A DNA stretch of 62,969 bases, the filler included, from Choristocarpus tenellus KU-1152 (Eukaryota; Protista; Phaeophyceae): NCBI GenBank assembly GCA_964200185.2. It is 9 parts of 9 records of this genome, joined end to end, with 100 filler letters (N's around TTAATTAATTAA, not from the genome) between each part and the next. Parts side by side here need not be neighbours in the genome. Positions count along the whole stretch, not along the records: positions 1 to 12,466 come from CAXNAD020001827.1; positions 12,567 to 16,625 come from CAXNAD020016426.1; 7 more parts are not named here. One strand, written 5' to 3'. The notes under the pieces are model-generated. The model was not told where the DNA came from and made no database searches. It was given only the letters and a program-made list of their open reading frames with translations. Positions 1 through 13,350 of this stretch are shown here, one piece after another; position 1 is the first letter of the stretch, and each line of letters starts with the position of its first letter. A program made the translations under genes and the position numbers.

Positions 1-55
1 ATTGTATTTTGATCCCCAAATGGACGCGGCTCTACCCTCTAAGATACTTTGGCTC
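1..55 (+). mobile_element. MITE family 1 (Sola-like), 3' end only
   Basis: Ends in TACCCTCTAAGATACTTTGGCTC, the same right TIR as the full copies at 27557-27819 and (inverted) 35542-35801. Confidence 0.85.
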
Positions 56-932
56 TGAGGCACCAACCTTCACCGACTAAATTAAATGGATCAATTACAA
101 CACTTTACTAGGTGTCAGAAATGGTGGACCATAGTGGAATATTCAAATGGTAAAGCCTATCTCAGGCGTTCTGGTATGTTTTCGAGTGTCTAGGGACTGC
201 AGGGCCCTATTGTCAGTGGTTCGGGGTCATACCTTCAATAGGATACTGTTTGTTTCATAAGTCTGGCTGAAGTAAGATTCATTTGTGAGCTCAGGGGCAT
301 TGTTGGCACACTAGGAGCCTTCAACGTGATTGATTCTTCTCCTCATCCCCCTCATGGTGAGCCTCTTACCCAAAAAGGTGCGATATGTACTCAATACTTA
401 GAAGTAAATTGCAAGGGCTAGTCTATCTTGTGCCCACTCTCTCGCTGCCTTGCCTTGCCCCTGATGTTCCTTTCTACCATCTGAGCTTCCACTGTTGTCA
501 ATTCTCCACCGCTGACATGTGCTTTCCTTGGAAAGTATACATTTGTTGCTCCCACCACTTTTGCTTCCCTGGGGTCGAATGGGGTGGGATGCACTGACCA
601 TAGGGTGGGGGCTGTTACGCTTGACTCTTTGGTACACTTTGTCTCTCATTAGGTGCAACATCTGGAGACGTGTGTCAGCCTTGCCCTATTGGGACCTTCT
701 CACCTGTGATAGGTGAATAACTATTCCAATGTAGCAAACCAATAGAGGGGCAATAGCCGCATAGAATAAGAGGAAGAAAAGGTTGAGGAGGAGTGAATGT
801 TTAGGAAGCCTCTGGTGTCGATCCTAAGTAGCATATGAATAGACTTGTGCAGTGATAGGATGGTCATTGTGTGTGAAGAGCTGAATGTTCTATTATTACA
901 ACACTTTTGACTTGGCAATATCTTTGTCTTCT

Positions 933-1181
933 GACTCAAAGTATCTTAGAGGGTAGAGCCGCATCCTTTTTGGGGCCAAAATCCAATGTTAGGATTTTGA
1001 TTTTGGTCATCAGGTTTGTTAGGAAGTGTCAATATCCTTGTTCCGGACACACCTTTTCGTAACATATACATTTTCCTACTCCGAAATGTTTCGGAGTAGG
1101 AAAATGTCATCAAAAAAACCCGTGCGAAGCCAATCTCCAAATGGACAGGAAAAGCTCGTACCCTCCAAGATATTTTTACTC
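933..1181 (-). mobile_element. MITE family 1, full copy, reverse orientation
   Basis: TIRs GACTCAAAGTATCTTAGAGGGTA ... TACCCTCCAAGATATTTTTACTC; 4-bp TSD TTCT on both sides. Confidence 0.85.
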
Positions 1182-1578
1182 TTCTAGACCTCTTTCTTGT
1201 AGGAAAAGCCAGGATAACATTCCACATTGGGGAATCTCCTGCGACTTTTTTATTGCAACTTCACCCTCGGTACTAGCAGAAGGGCCTGTATTCGGGTGTT
1301 TGTTCAAATTAGACTACCTTCTTTCAACCTTGGACCCCTATCATTGACCACCTTGTAGTATGAATAGCTAAGAAACCTCAACTAACTAAAACCAAATGCA
1401 ACTAGAGACTTCTTGGATTATTTCGCCAAGTGTCCTCAGGAACATCACTAAATGGAACGAAGCCATGTGTTAGATATATGCAACCCACTACAAAATTACT
1501 TGTGTCCACCTCTACAAAATCCCAATGGCCATGCATACCTAGACCTTATTTTGTGTATTTTCATATTTCTCTACTTCA

Positions 1579-1835
1579 GAGTGAAAGTATCTTAGAGGGT
1601 ACGAGTTTTGTCCTGTTTGTCCACATGGGGCTTGACTTCCCTTGGGGGTTTTGCGACGTTTTCCTAGTCCAAAATATTTCGGAATAGGTAAAATGTACAC
1701 GTTATGAAAAGGTGGGTCTGGAGCAAGGATATTGACACTTCCTAACAAACACGATAACCAAAATTACATCAGAATCACAACATTGGATTTTGACCCCAAA
1801 TGGACGCAGGTCTACCCTCTAAGATACTTTCACTC
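1579..1835 (+). mobile_element. MITE family 1, full copy
   Basis: Perfect 23-bp TIRs GAGTGAAAGTATCTTAGAGGGTA / TACCCTCTAAGATACTTTCACTC; TSD TTCA. Confidence 0.9.
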
Positions 1836-2672
1836 TTCAGTCCAATTGGAAGAAACTGGACTAGGCATATGGTACTATAAGATTGGCTCTCACCTTTGTG
1901 CACCAAAAAGCCAAAGCAGCATTTTGATGTCTTATATCTTCGCTTGCCCGTTCACCCACAGTATTTGCTCACCCTTGGAGGTAGTACCCAAGCTCACCAA
2001 TAACCTTTGCCCTTGCCTACCTACACATTGAAAGTCCACAGACACACACCCACACGGAACAATCTTACTCATGCGTACCCTATGCCTCCCAATACGACAT
2101 CCTACACAGGAGCATCTTCCTCAGCATCATGTATACGCTGCCCCAGAGAAACAACCTCGGTGCTGGCCAGCAAATCTTGTACACTCGTTTTGACAAACTC
2201 ACGCAGGACTCTCATCATTTACTTGATTGTGGGGGCGTCCACTCTGGCGTCCATTGCCATGGCCATTATTATCTGGCAGAAAAAAGGTGGAGTAGTGGGG
2301 ATATGCAGTTGTGCTGTGTATTTTTTCAGGGGCAACAAATATGCTTCCCTCCTTTTTGTCCGATTCTTACAGTAGATCGGCCGGAAGTAGATGTATCAAA
2401 TTTTTGTAAGATTAAGATCCCCTGCAATAGTAAATTTGCTGTGAACGGGTTGATACACCAGCAATATATATATACATATCTTCATTTTCCAGTGCTTGGA
2501 AGTAGTCTACAATCCATGGCAGCACCACGACAATCAATCCAAAGCATGGAAGCCACTGAATCCTTCCATCAAGACATAATTCTTGCCTTCCCCTTTCCCG
2601 CTAAGTAACCCTTTCCTCTCCCGGCTCGCCTCTGTAGTGAATAAGAAGTTGAAGCTCAAGGCCTTGAGCAGG

Positions 2673-5600
2673 ATGGATACCCCGTACAAGATGACTGTGG
2701 CAAAACGCAATGCACAGATGTGGGCAGTCTTCTTCCACACTATGGAAACACTAGACCTCGTCACGGTGTGTAAACTTGAAGAAACACCTGTGCCATTCTT
2801 GAGTCACCCCCTCCCTACATTCCCCCCCAGTACACACTTGTATGGATATTACCACCTGTATATTGTTTGATGTACAGCCTGATTAAGATGAAGACAGGTG
2901 CATGTATGCGTGGGTACTCCGTGCAAGTCCTGACCTGATATTCTTCTCCTACAGCAGAGCAGAAAAAAAGTACTCCAGTCATCTATATGAATGAAGTCCA
3001 CCTTGGGTTTCACCCCAGAAATGACTTGTACTCCTGTCGAGGACTGCACATTTGTAGAACTATCAGCTCTCAAGTGCATTTTGTAACAGTACAATTTCTG
3101 ACAATGGCTGACAAGAGCTACCATTGCCATGTCCAGCACCATTTCCTTTACCCTTTCCATGCTTCGGCTACTTTGTCCCTGTTGTTCATCGGAACTGAGG
3201 AAAGTAACACCTAGAGTAGACCATCTCCTCAATCTGTAGTCCTATTATGACATACTCCAGAGTGAATGTTCAACTTTCCAGAGCACCTAAACATGCTGCA
3301 GTTGACCCTCCAGTCCCAACATGACAGTATCATCAGCAACTTCATTTTCTTACTCTTGATTTCTTGCAGGGCGTGGCACTGTTCTTCTACCTTCAGGATC
3401 GGGAGACCATTCGCGATACGGTGCTGTTGCTGTACTGGCTAGCGGTTACAGTGGGGTTGCTTTTGACCTTCTATCGCTTGTACAAGGTGTACCCTGTTCA
3501 TGCCTGTCCGTGACCCCTCAAATACATTAACAGAACATCGTATTTAGCTTCCCTGCCGCCATCCTCATACAGGGGAGGGATGTTGGACCCTTTTTTTGTA
3601 TGTGTATGCATGCCTGCCTACTGCCACACAAGCAAGGATAAGCGCTATATTATTGATGTACTTCAAGGTATTTCTATATACAGGTGGTGGGATGTAGACT
3701 CCTGTCCACTCAGACCTTTGAGCTTGTCTAGGGTTGATACTTAACGTGGTAAGGCACCGCTTTCAATGCTCAAACCATTGCTATTGACAGCTGGAGGTGG
3801 CGTAGTGAGGCACCCTGTCTTAAAGTGGGGATTTTTTGCGTAAATTGGGCTACGGTAACTGCCTTGTGGTACATGTGTGTTTAGCTCGCTGTGGAGTAAT
3901 GTTGCATTTGTGTGGGTAAATGCTTGTCTTTGCTTCTACACCCACAGTCTCCTAACCCTAACCCTATGGGGGTTTTGGCAGAAGGTTTGAAAAGCCCTAA
4001 ATTCTCGAGAGAGCCTAATCTGAAGTATCGGCACAGCTCCTTTTCTTCTCATGGAGGGAGGGTCGTGAGGGTTGATTGTTCAGGAGTCCTGAGTGTTTCT
4101 GGTTATGTGGCTCATATGTTGCGCCATTGGCCATTGGCTATGAACCCAATCAGGAAAGGTAAGAGGGAAGTAGGTCCATCCTGTTCAAAGAAAAGATGGT
4201 TTGTTTATGCAAGAGGGATTTGCTCTTGCCGGGGAGAATGGACACCAGAGGATACAAAAACCAAGACTTGCCTTGGATAAAACTCGGGTGTGACTGCATA
4301 CAACCACCCATGTGTACCGTGCCTCGTACTTTGTACTGCCAAAAAGGGAGGACCACATCAGCCCCTCTCCTCAAAGTCCCTTGTATCTATCCTTTGATAA
4401 GGTTCTGTGGTCACAGTTTTACCTCGAGAGTGTGTCTGTCGAGGAGAAGGTTGATGCTGATGGAAAGCTCACCCTTGTGGTCTACCAGTCGAGCAGCTGC
4501 AGGAAGGGACTAAGGGACATCTCACAAGAGGACGCCATGATGACAACTGAGCTGATCAAGGTCAGTGTTTGCCCTGTCTCATCCCAAGTCACCTCTCCCT
4601 AACCCTACTTATATGACATTCTTCCTCACTAACTTAATTGCCTACTGTAGCATACGAAAATACATTATCAGCACAAAGCAGATAATCATAAGTTGTAAGT
4701 TAGACTTCGGCCATTTGCTATGACACTTTGATTAACACCTATGGTCAGTAGCACAAGCGAAATAATAAGAACCCAAATAGCTAGCGTGAAAGCTCTTTCC
4801 ATCGCCTCCTCCACAAAAAATACTGTACTTGAAAGGGAAACAAGACGGTTTGTCATATCCCAAAGATTGGCAGTATTGCTAATTTGTATGTTAGTGATCT
4901 AATCTACATATTTGTTCAGTCCAACCCCCTACCAAAATAACGATATCTCCCCAAAGTTACACTCCACACCCTGTAGATTGCTGACGGAACCCACCCTGCA
5001 TGTTTGCTTCAAAGACAGATCCTAAAGCACCTTCAGGTCAACAAGTTCAAGGTTCAGTTAGCAGTGGTCATGGACCTCCCTTTGACTTTTTTAAACCTCC
5101 ACATTCTCTGGTTCTACGACTTCGGGCTCATACAGAACCCAATCTTCCTCACCAGCCTGACCATAGCAGTGTTCAGTGCAGGAAAGATTAGCACCCTCAT
5201 TGAGTATCATCTCGAGCTACGGCAGCGGAAGAGGAAGCTGGAGCGTCTCCTTGCGGTAGGTGGCTGTCACATGGTGTAAGTGGTTAATGGAATGGTTTTC
5301 TGATCATGTATCATTTCACCAAATCAAACGGTGAACTCTGTGTACTCTGGGACGTTTTGGATGGGCTAGGGGACAAGCTTAGGTCTGTGTGCTGTAAGCA
5401 TAAGTATTGTTTTGACCCCACTGATCACCCATTCTTCCACCAGTCAACTTCCACTAGGTAATGAGTCATGGCTCAGTTCTTCCTTCTTTCTGCCCAGTCC
5501 CATTGGGTTTTTAACGCACTATAAGAGCCACTGCCTGTTCAGCACAGTGTACAAATTATAGTAATATGGATGTCTTAATGTGGATAGTATACAGGAGCTG

Positions 5601-7247
5601 TAATTGGGCTTCAATGCTGATGCGTCCCTCTCATTTCCCTGCCCATGTTTATTTTGTATTCTTTGCATGTGAAACTTTTGACTGCCGACATTCTTTGTTC
5701 ACTTTTGAAAGAAACTGTACATACCAGACATATATATTCCTTGCCTTCATAACTAACCCACACCCTCATCTTACACACTAGGTAAATTGTGCATTAATGG
5801 ACTTGGAAATATACTATCATTAAGTTGTCATGTGCTAAAAAAAACAATGATTATTTTGTTCTCACTGCGACTCCTTTGACCCATTCCCCCAATGCCAACC
5901 TATCCAAAACAATCACAACCAACTGCAACTACCGACAACAGCTGGAGCTCAGGGTACATCCAGCAGGGGGCAGGAATGAGGAGGGCGTGTGGGAAGGGGA
6001 GAGCAGTGAGACTGAAGAGGTACAACTAACACACACACCACCTCCGCTTGAATGCATGTCTTGGCAACCAAGCCTTCCTTCCTTTATGTAAACCTCATGG
6101 CTGAGCTGATTACATTTATCATCAAAGCGAATTACAATGCAGGAGGATTTCAAAACAGTATATGCTATACACTTCAGTGTAATGAAAACACTATTTTCCC
6201 CTATTTCTTCAGGGTATGCTGTATGAGGCAGTTGTTTGTCGAACTCCTCCTTTTTGTTGCCTCCTGTTGGTTCGAGGTCTGTCAAAGGCACAATCAGAAG
6301 ACCTCAGGGTTGAGGGGGTACATGACAGCACGATTTGAATGGATCTGATTGGCTGAAGTATCTGTACAGAACACATTGGGGCTGCACAAAAAGATATTGT
6401 TGAGTCAAGGCACTTAAGAGGGTAGGAGTTTTGCCCTGTTTATCCGTCCAGGGCTTGGCTTTCCACGGGATTTTTTATGCCCTTTTTCGGTATCTGCTGT
6501 GGGAACACAGTTACCTAAAATGTATACAACTATAAAAAGCATGTCCGGAGCAAGGATATTGACACTTGCTAACGAACACAATAGTCAAAATATAATCAAA
6601 ATCGCAAAATGGGATTAATGATCCCAAAACAGACTATTTAATGCTTTGGGCCGCTTCTTGTCCCCTAACTTTAGTCCGCAATACTAGAGGAAAAGGAAAG
6701 CAAACTTTTGTGCCTTGTATATTAGGAATACAGAAAAGACAATGGGGGTTAAGTAGGTTGGCTATAATTGTTAAGTTATTTTTGCCTCAAGCACTTTCTG
6801 AGCCTGTGCGTTTCTGCTCACCACATAGTTACTTCAGAGCACAAAAATAGTGGGGAATAGGTTATATTGCTTCACCGGAATAATGAACAGCTTCACCCAC
6901 ACGCTGGTCACATTCCCCCCAATCCCTTCCTCATTTGCTTATTCACCTAATCACACTTGCCTGCATCACCTTCACAGGCTCTGATGGAAGGCACATGGTA
7001 AGGTTATGCCTCATTTCCTCTTCTTCACAGGCACTTTAGAAGCATCCACAAATGTACACTCATGTATGTTTTTTTCTTCTTATCTTGCAGGAGGGCAACT
7101 GCTTCGAGCACGGAGACCCTGAGGCAATGCTCCTTTACCACCAAAAGGCCAGCATGGGGAAGATACCAACCCGAGGAGCAGAGCAGGTGGGACTTGAGGG
7201 AAGACGCAACCATCTACTCTGACATAATCTTTTTCAAAGTAAAATGA
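2673..7247 (+). CDS. Multi-exon predicted membrane protein of unknown function
   Basis: Phase-consistent GT-AG exons 2673-2765, 3370-3486, 4402-4560, 5019-5255, 5942-6019, 6978-6997, 7091-7247. Hydrophobic segments (GVALFFYL..VLLLYWLAVTVGLLLTFY; DLPLTFLNLHILWF; IFLTSLTIAVFSAG). Start codon uncertain. Confidence 0.7.
2940..3360 (-). mobile_element. Degenerate Ty1/Copia integrase fragment inside intron 1
   Basis: Minus-strand peptides KSKNEVAD, QQGQSSRSMERVKEMVLDM and ISGVKPKVDFIHI resemble Copia integrase motifs (LKSKSEV; QQNGxAERxNRTLxE; GxKPxxxHL), with stops and frameshifts. Confidence 0.45.
6412..6633 (+). mobile_element. MITE family 1, both ends eroded, intronic
   Basis: Internal sequence colinear with 1579-1835 (GAGGGTAGGAGTTTTGCCCTGTTT...GGATATTGACACTTGCTAAC). 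Confidence 0.75.
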
Positions 7248-8292
7248 ATAGAAGATGATGATATTTTTTTTACATATATTGCAAAACAAATTTCACTGCA
7301 AGTAGTGATAGTGAACCATGACTATCAGGGGCAATGTATATTCATTGATTTGCTGTAGCTATCTTGTGTTTTTTAAGGTACCGCATATGCATGCAGCATA
7401 TACTAAACTTCCATCACTAACAACTCAATGGGGTGTCCCCAACCTTGGAGGGGTCTAAGCAAACAGTGAATTGGGCGATATCGTGTTTCCTTCCGTTTGA
7501 CTCTCTAGTCAAACTTTGGAATATCATCAATGCAAAGAGATCGAAGTTACAGTGCAATTGTCTTGTCTATGAAAAGACTGTTTTGCATCCCAGGAATTAT
7601 TTGTTGTAATTTTTGAGCATGTGTTTTACCCAGCAATAACTCACTGAGTTTGTTGCATATACTTTAATCTGAGGACTATTCCCAGGAACATTCTTCCACA
7701 ACAGCAGTTGTAACTGCTGGAGGAGTAGGGCCTTGGGGGGCTTGTTGTAGGGTCCGAGCCTTCTCACACACACAACTACCAGACCAAATCACTCAGTGGA
7801 TGCACTCTCATTACCAGCTAAACATGTGCTGATTGTATCGTTTTGAAACAGTTCAGCACTGGCTGTGATGCCACAGTAGGGTGACCCTTAGGTATCGGTT
7901 CCAGAGTAGGATTAAGTGTGCTAGACCATAAAAAAATGGTATGTGTCTACCCTGTTTTGCTCTGAGTGGGCAACCCCTTCTCACTTTCTGTTGCACTCTG
8001 GAGGTTTGACATTAACCCTAACCACTGGAATACAGCACTCAAGACTCTAACCTTTTTGAGGACTAAACTTAGGCAATTAGAGGTAAGGTTTAGTAGATAT
8101 ATGTGCTACACCTCAGGGTGCTGTGAGTGCGAGCAGTTGTGATGGAGCTTGTTTTGTCTTTGTTTCCTCTAATTTTTTAGACGACATGGATGGGTTACTA
8201 GAGTGTAAGGTTGAAAAGATCCGAACTCACATCTAACATTCCACTCTCTAACCTCTACTGAGTTGATGGTCAGGAACCTAAATGAAATGCTG

Positions 8293-9026
8293 AGGGGAGT
8301 CAAAGTAAACGAGAGGTTCCAAGAGTTGCATTTTAAGGATGCCAGAAACTATGTGCAAAATTTGGCAATTTTTTTCAAAACGTAATAGGATATTTTCCTA
8401 ATTGTGTTGAAAAATTTAAAACAATAGCAAAGTCAACTGTCTCAAGTCAAACTTAGCACTTCATTCATAGAAACATGGGTGATCCCAAAAGATTAAAAAA
8501 CTGACCCCTAATGCAAAACGGCCTAATACTGGGTATCTCTCGCTTACATTGGCCCAGGGGCAACATTAGCTACATTGCTGTCTCACAGTTGAGGTAGGTA
8601 GTCTTAACGGTAGGAACAACCTTCACCACAGCGTACTGGGTGAACTAAATGTATGTCTCAGATATTGGGAATGGTGACTGTAGTTTGAATAAGGGTAGAG
8701 TGGATCGAAACCTACACATCCCATTTGCGCTTCTCTGATTGAATCGATTGTCACGTCCCTAAAGAACATCTAAGAGCCAAACCAGAGGTACCTAGGATTG
8801 ACCGTTTTACATTTAAGCAACTTCTTTTTAATCTTTTGCAGATTCGCCCTTATTTCTATGGATGATGTAAGTGATTGACTTGAGAGTGTTGATTTCTCTA
8901 TTGTTGAAAATTTTCGGCAAAATTCACTAAATTCCCTGCGCACATTTGTACAAAAACCCGAAATTTGCACGTGTTTGTCAGCATCCATAAAATGCGGCCC
9001 TGATACCTCTCATTTATTTCAACCCT
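8293..9026. mobile_element. Foldback/long-TIR non-autonomous element
   Basis: About 8293-8537 aligns by eye with the reverse complement of about 8787-9026 (blocks GAGAGGT, GCATTTTA.GGATGC, AACAATAG, CTCAAGTCAA, CATAGAAA, CAAAAGATTAAAAA, AAAACGG). Confidence 0.65.
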
Positions 9027-9879
9027 AAGTGTGGCAACAAAGTAGAGTTGTAAGCCGAGAGGTTTTGCTACTTGAAATTATGATTGGTTCTGCCGTACTT
9101 GCGATTGATTGTCTAGTTTATAAGTATCGCTGCACACAGATGCCTCGCCAGTGAGAGGTGTAGCCATGGCAAAATAGGCCTCCTGGATGGTGAGGTGCCC
9201 TGCCTGAGGTGAAAAATGTTGGGGCTAACATCGTACACCATGTGTATGTACATGTCATCGCCGGTGATACAAATGAAAACTCTCAGAGGTGTGTAAACAT
9301 GCAGATGACACATGGAATAACCGAAAAACCGGTCTAACAGTGTTTGGAGATCACTTCATCATTCTAAATCAGATGAGGTCAATTATAGGCAGCGCAAGTT
9401 CACAAGTAAACAGCATTGACAATACTCTTTCAAATAATACTGCAATGTGTTCATAGTGGAATGTGTTCGTTGAGGTTTCACTGCCTACAAACGTTTCTAA
9501 TCATGTGTACACGTTGCGAACATAAGCCGATTTCACTGTCAGATCTTGACAATGTTAATGAAAACCGCAGGATATGAGACTGAACTTCACATTGTTCATT
9601 CACTCAAGTCAGATTAATGCCTTGTACCGTTGTCTTGTACACTTCCCACCAAGGCCTGCACACACTTCCTTGTGTCAGACCACAATCAGCATGTGCTTGA
9701 GCATGAGGGAGAGTAAGTTTTCTCCTTGCACTTGAGTTTCATTTTAATGGGTGGGTTTCTCCTGAACTATTGTCGCCATCACAACAATCAGTAGCCTAAT
9801 CCTCTGGCTTGCACTACACAACAAATCCTACTCCCTACATTTCTATGCCATACCATTATGGCAATAAATTGGGATATGA

Positions 9880-10139
9880 GAGTGAAAGTATCTTAGAGGG
9901 TAAGAGTTTTGCCCTGTTTGTTCATTTGGGGCTTGGCTTCCCATGTATGTATATGATGACATTTTCCTGCTCCAAAATGTTTCAGAGTAGTTCAAATGTA
10001 TATGTTATGAAAAGGTGTGTCCGGAACATGGATATTGACACTTCCTAACAAGCACGATAACCAAAATTACATCCAAATCGCAACATTGGATTTTTCCTCC
10101 CAAATGGACACGGCTCTACCCTCAAAGGTACTTTAGCTC
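9880..10139 (+). mobile_element. MITE family 1, full copy
   Basis: GAGTGAAAGTATCTTAGAGGGTA ... TACCCTCAAAGGTACTTTAGCTC; TSD approximately TGAG. Confidence 0.85.
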
Positions 10140-12466
10140 TGAGGGGGAAATTATAATTGTTCACAACCTTGACTGCCCACCATTTGGCCTCTCACCATAT
10201 ATCTACCCTTCCCTTTGCCCGATCATCAGGAAGTTACCACGACCTCTGAGCGGGGTCGACAGCTCAAGAGAGGAAAGTACCTCCAGCTCTCCCCTCGCTC
10301 ACTCTCACCGAAAGGTCCAAGGCGAGGACGGCCGCCTACAGGAAGTGCAAGCTCAAGGTTGGGTCAACGCAGTAGCAATAGAGGAGAGGTGGGGGATTGA
10401 GGGGAAGGTCAGAAGGGTGAGTGTAGGAAAGAGCAAGTGATAAACTCAATTGATTCTGTTGAGGCAGAAGGGTAGCAATCAATGAACGCCAGCTGTACAT
10501 CAAGCAGAAGTGGAAAATACATCCAACATGCACGTGACAAGCAGCAATGGAGGTCCAAGGGGAGGGATATCAGCCACTTGGATCCACTGAGCACCAGGCA
10601 AAGCAGAACAGCAGTTTGCACGGGGGAGAAGTGGGGATGGCAATTTTCAGGGGCCGGTAAAGGGCCAAAAGAACATACGTATTCAGCAAATGGCGTCCAC
10701 TTAGGGATAATACGACTTTGTCGAGATAAATTGGCACTCACTACCACTCATCAATGTATCAACTGATGGTGTCCCTTTTGTTTTGCTACAGCAGGGTATC
10801 CAAGCCCTATGATTCCTAATGGAAGAAAGATCCCACCTAAAAAAGTAATTGAGGTGACAACCACCAAGTGTACAATTTGCACTGGAATTGCCTATTACAT
10901 TTCAGAGATGTAACCCAAGAATATGGGAGCACAGGTTTGGACAAGAACCCCACACCTTCCCCCTCTCATATGTCTTTGACTTTGTTACTAGGAGGAACTT
11001 CACCAACTCCAACAATACATTTTTGTTATGCATCGTATGGGGTAATATATTTACCATGTCTGCAAACATTATCCACATCTTGCCTAGTGGGACAAGATGG
11101 TGGTACGGGCAACAGTGGACTCCCAATGCATTAATTCTATTGGGTGGACAACAGTGGACTCCCAATGATAAATTTCACAATATTATCTGCTGTAAAGATT
11201 AAGCTCACTTGATGAAAGTACTTTCATTTGTTGATTGCCACACTCTGCGGATTCTAGCACCACTGGGCCCCAGGGCTAGCTCTACCTGGCACAATTATTG
11301 TGTTTGAAGTGTTTGTGAATAGCAAAGTCTCCGACAGTATCACAATAATAACGGTAGAACTCTGCTAGTAAGAAAATCGGTACGGATATAACACTACAAA
11401 ACGAATTTGTGTAGTCTGTGTGAATGCCACCAGTCAATTTTGTGTGTGGTGGATCTAAATTCTTGTTTATGAAAAAAACGGAGCACTGTGAAGATACTCC
11501 TTGTCGTAGGGTGAAGATTGCTAGACAGCAATTGAATGATGAAAGACTCTCGCAGCAAAGGCGTTCAAGAGAGTAAGTAACATCATTGCCAAACCAGTAG
11601 CAGGCTACGATGTGAGGGGAAATAAAACATGCATTCATGTGTAGTTCTCCGTACCTACAGGTTGTGGATCACTTCACATGTTGCAGTGAACCCAACAGGT
11701 AAAATCCTACAAGGAAATAAGAAATTCCTCTATCCATGAGGTTGGATGACCAAAAAGTACCATCATAAATAAGAGGTTTTCAAGAGAGCACAGGCAATGT
11801 CATCACCAACCAGCAAGGCAGCTGCATGATCGAAAAAAAAGAAGTGAATTTGAGATTTAGCCACACGAGTGCTTATATGCAGAAGAAGAGTCAGTCATAT
11901 ATCGCTCAGAAGATGAAAAGTAATTATTGCGTAGTGATTTTGTTATGTTCTAAGAAGTACACATATTTCCCTTCTTTTCTCCTGATAGACATCCATATCT
12001 CAGGTTCCCAATACGACTACTGTTCTCCATAAAATATAATATTAATACTACAACAACGACAAGAAATAGGAGTGGTCTCTAGAGGAGTAACTATATGATA
12101 TCAAAAAGTAGTCCAACTAAATATACGGACTACCAGGTCAAATGAATGACAGCGACAAACCAACAACCACACACATAACAAGAAAAACTAGTTACCAACT
12201 ACAACGGTTTAATCAACTCAATTTATTTAATCACCAATTTATCAGAACCTGAAATCCGAAAAAGTTACGATGCATTGGGTAATCTATTTTGTATTTTCTG
12301 CACTAAGGATTGCTATATGTGGGTTGCAAAGGCTCCCCACCACCCACCATACATCTTCAAAGATATGAACCTGCCTCATTCCTGTGGAAGCTTTGTATGG
12401 AACAGCCGATTTCAAAAATTGAGGATGGAGCTTTTCATTGAGGATGGGCTTGACCCAAATTGACTG

Positions 12467-12566
12467 NNNNNNNNNNNNNNNNNNNNNNNNNNNNNNNNNN
12501 NNNNNNNNNNTTAATTAATTAANNNNNNNNNNNNNNNNNNNNNNNNNNNNNNNNNNNNNNNNNNNN
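12467..12566. other. Artificial contig linker (N44-TTAATTAATTAA-N44)
   Basis: Six-frame-stop 12-mer between N runs. Same linker at 16626-16725, 20844-20943, 27829-27928, 30635-30734, 46127-46226, 51752-51851, 57355-57454. Confidence 0.97.
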
Positions 12567-12603
12567 CCCGTGATCCATTTCGCGATTTGATTATGCTGCT
12601 GCG

Positions 12604-13316
12604 CTATACTACTAGCACTTTCTCGTCACCTAACATCGCACTGAGTGTCACATGGTACTTGCTTTTCCGTCGCCTCTCGACAGAGAAGGTGCCGAGGGTA
12701 GATCCACGGGGCAGAGTGGCCTCGGCGGCTCTCCTTGTTTCACCATTGTGGTTCATGTTGTTGTGTAAGTCACGCATGTGTGTGCTCACAGAAAGGCTGC
12801 AAAAGGCGTTAAAATGATGTCCTGAAATTCTGAGTTTTTTTTTTGTATCTCTACACTGGGCAAACTTGGGCAGCGACATACCCCAGACCAGTGTTTAAGG
12901 AGTTCAGCCAACCACTTCATTTTTGTCCGTTTTGAAGTCGTGACCTTCAAAATTGCACCAGAGATTCCCCCGCGTTTTTCCATTATTTGATCGGGACATA
13001 TCTCCCGTTCCCCGAAGCCTGGACATTCATGGATACAAACCTTCAAAAGCTCTTGCCATACCCTTTCATTTGATATATACATTGTTGTATAACTGTTGTG
13101 ACGCTCTGGTGAAAAAACTACGATTGCCACAGAGGGCGAAGCTACTGGTACCACCTTATCTGCACAAATATATGTTGAACCAAGTAGGATTGTTTTTGTT
13201 TGTACGACCTTGGTTGAACTAAGGGCAAAGAAACATGTTTGGAGAAAGAGAAACATGGAATAAACGATGCCTGAGGAACAAGTTGTGTGACTGGCGTTAG
13301 CATCTGACGCTTGCAA
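12604..13316 (-). pseudogene. Gene fragment, weak resemblance to choline/ethanolamine kinase N-terminus
   Basis: VCIHECPGF..DQIMEKRGGISGAILKVTT loosely resembles the xPGW...SGGITNxLxxV start of choline/ethanolamine kinases; no catalytic motifs visible; adjacent to a linker. Confidence 0.2.
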
Positions 13317-13350
13317 CTCCCTACGGCGGTATCGACTACACCATGCTCAT

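Noticed and set aside
60-930. Possible LINE endonuclease remnant; similar vague TE-like stretches at 7640-8280 and 10215-12466
   Set aside because: Only a weak VVGATNVYFP-type hint; no diagnostic motif set
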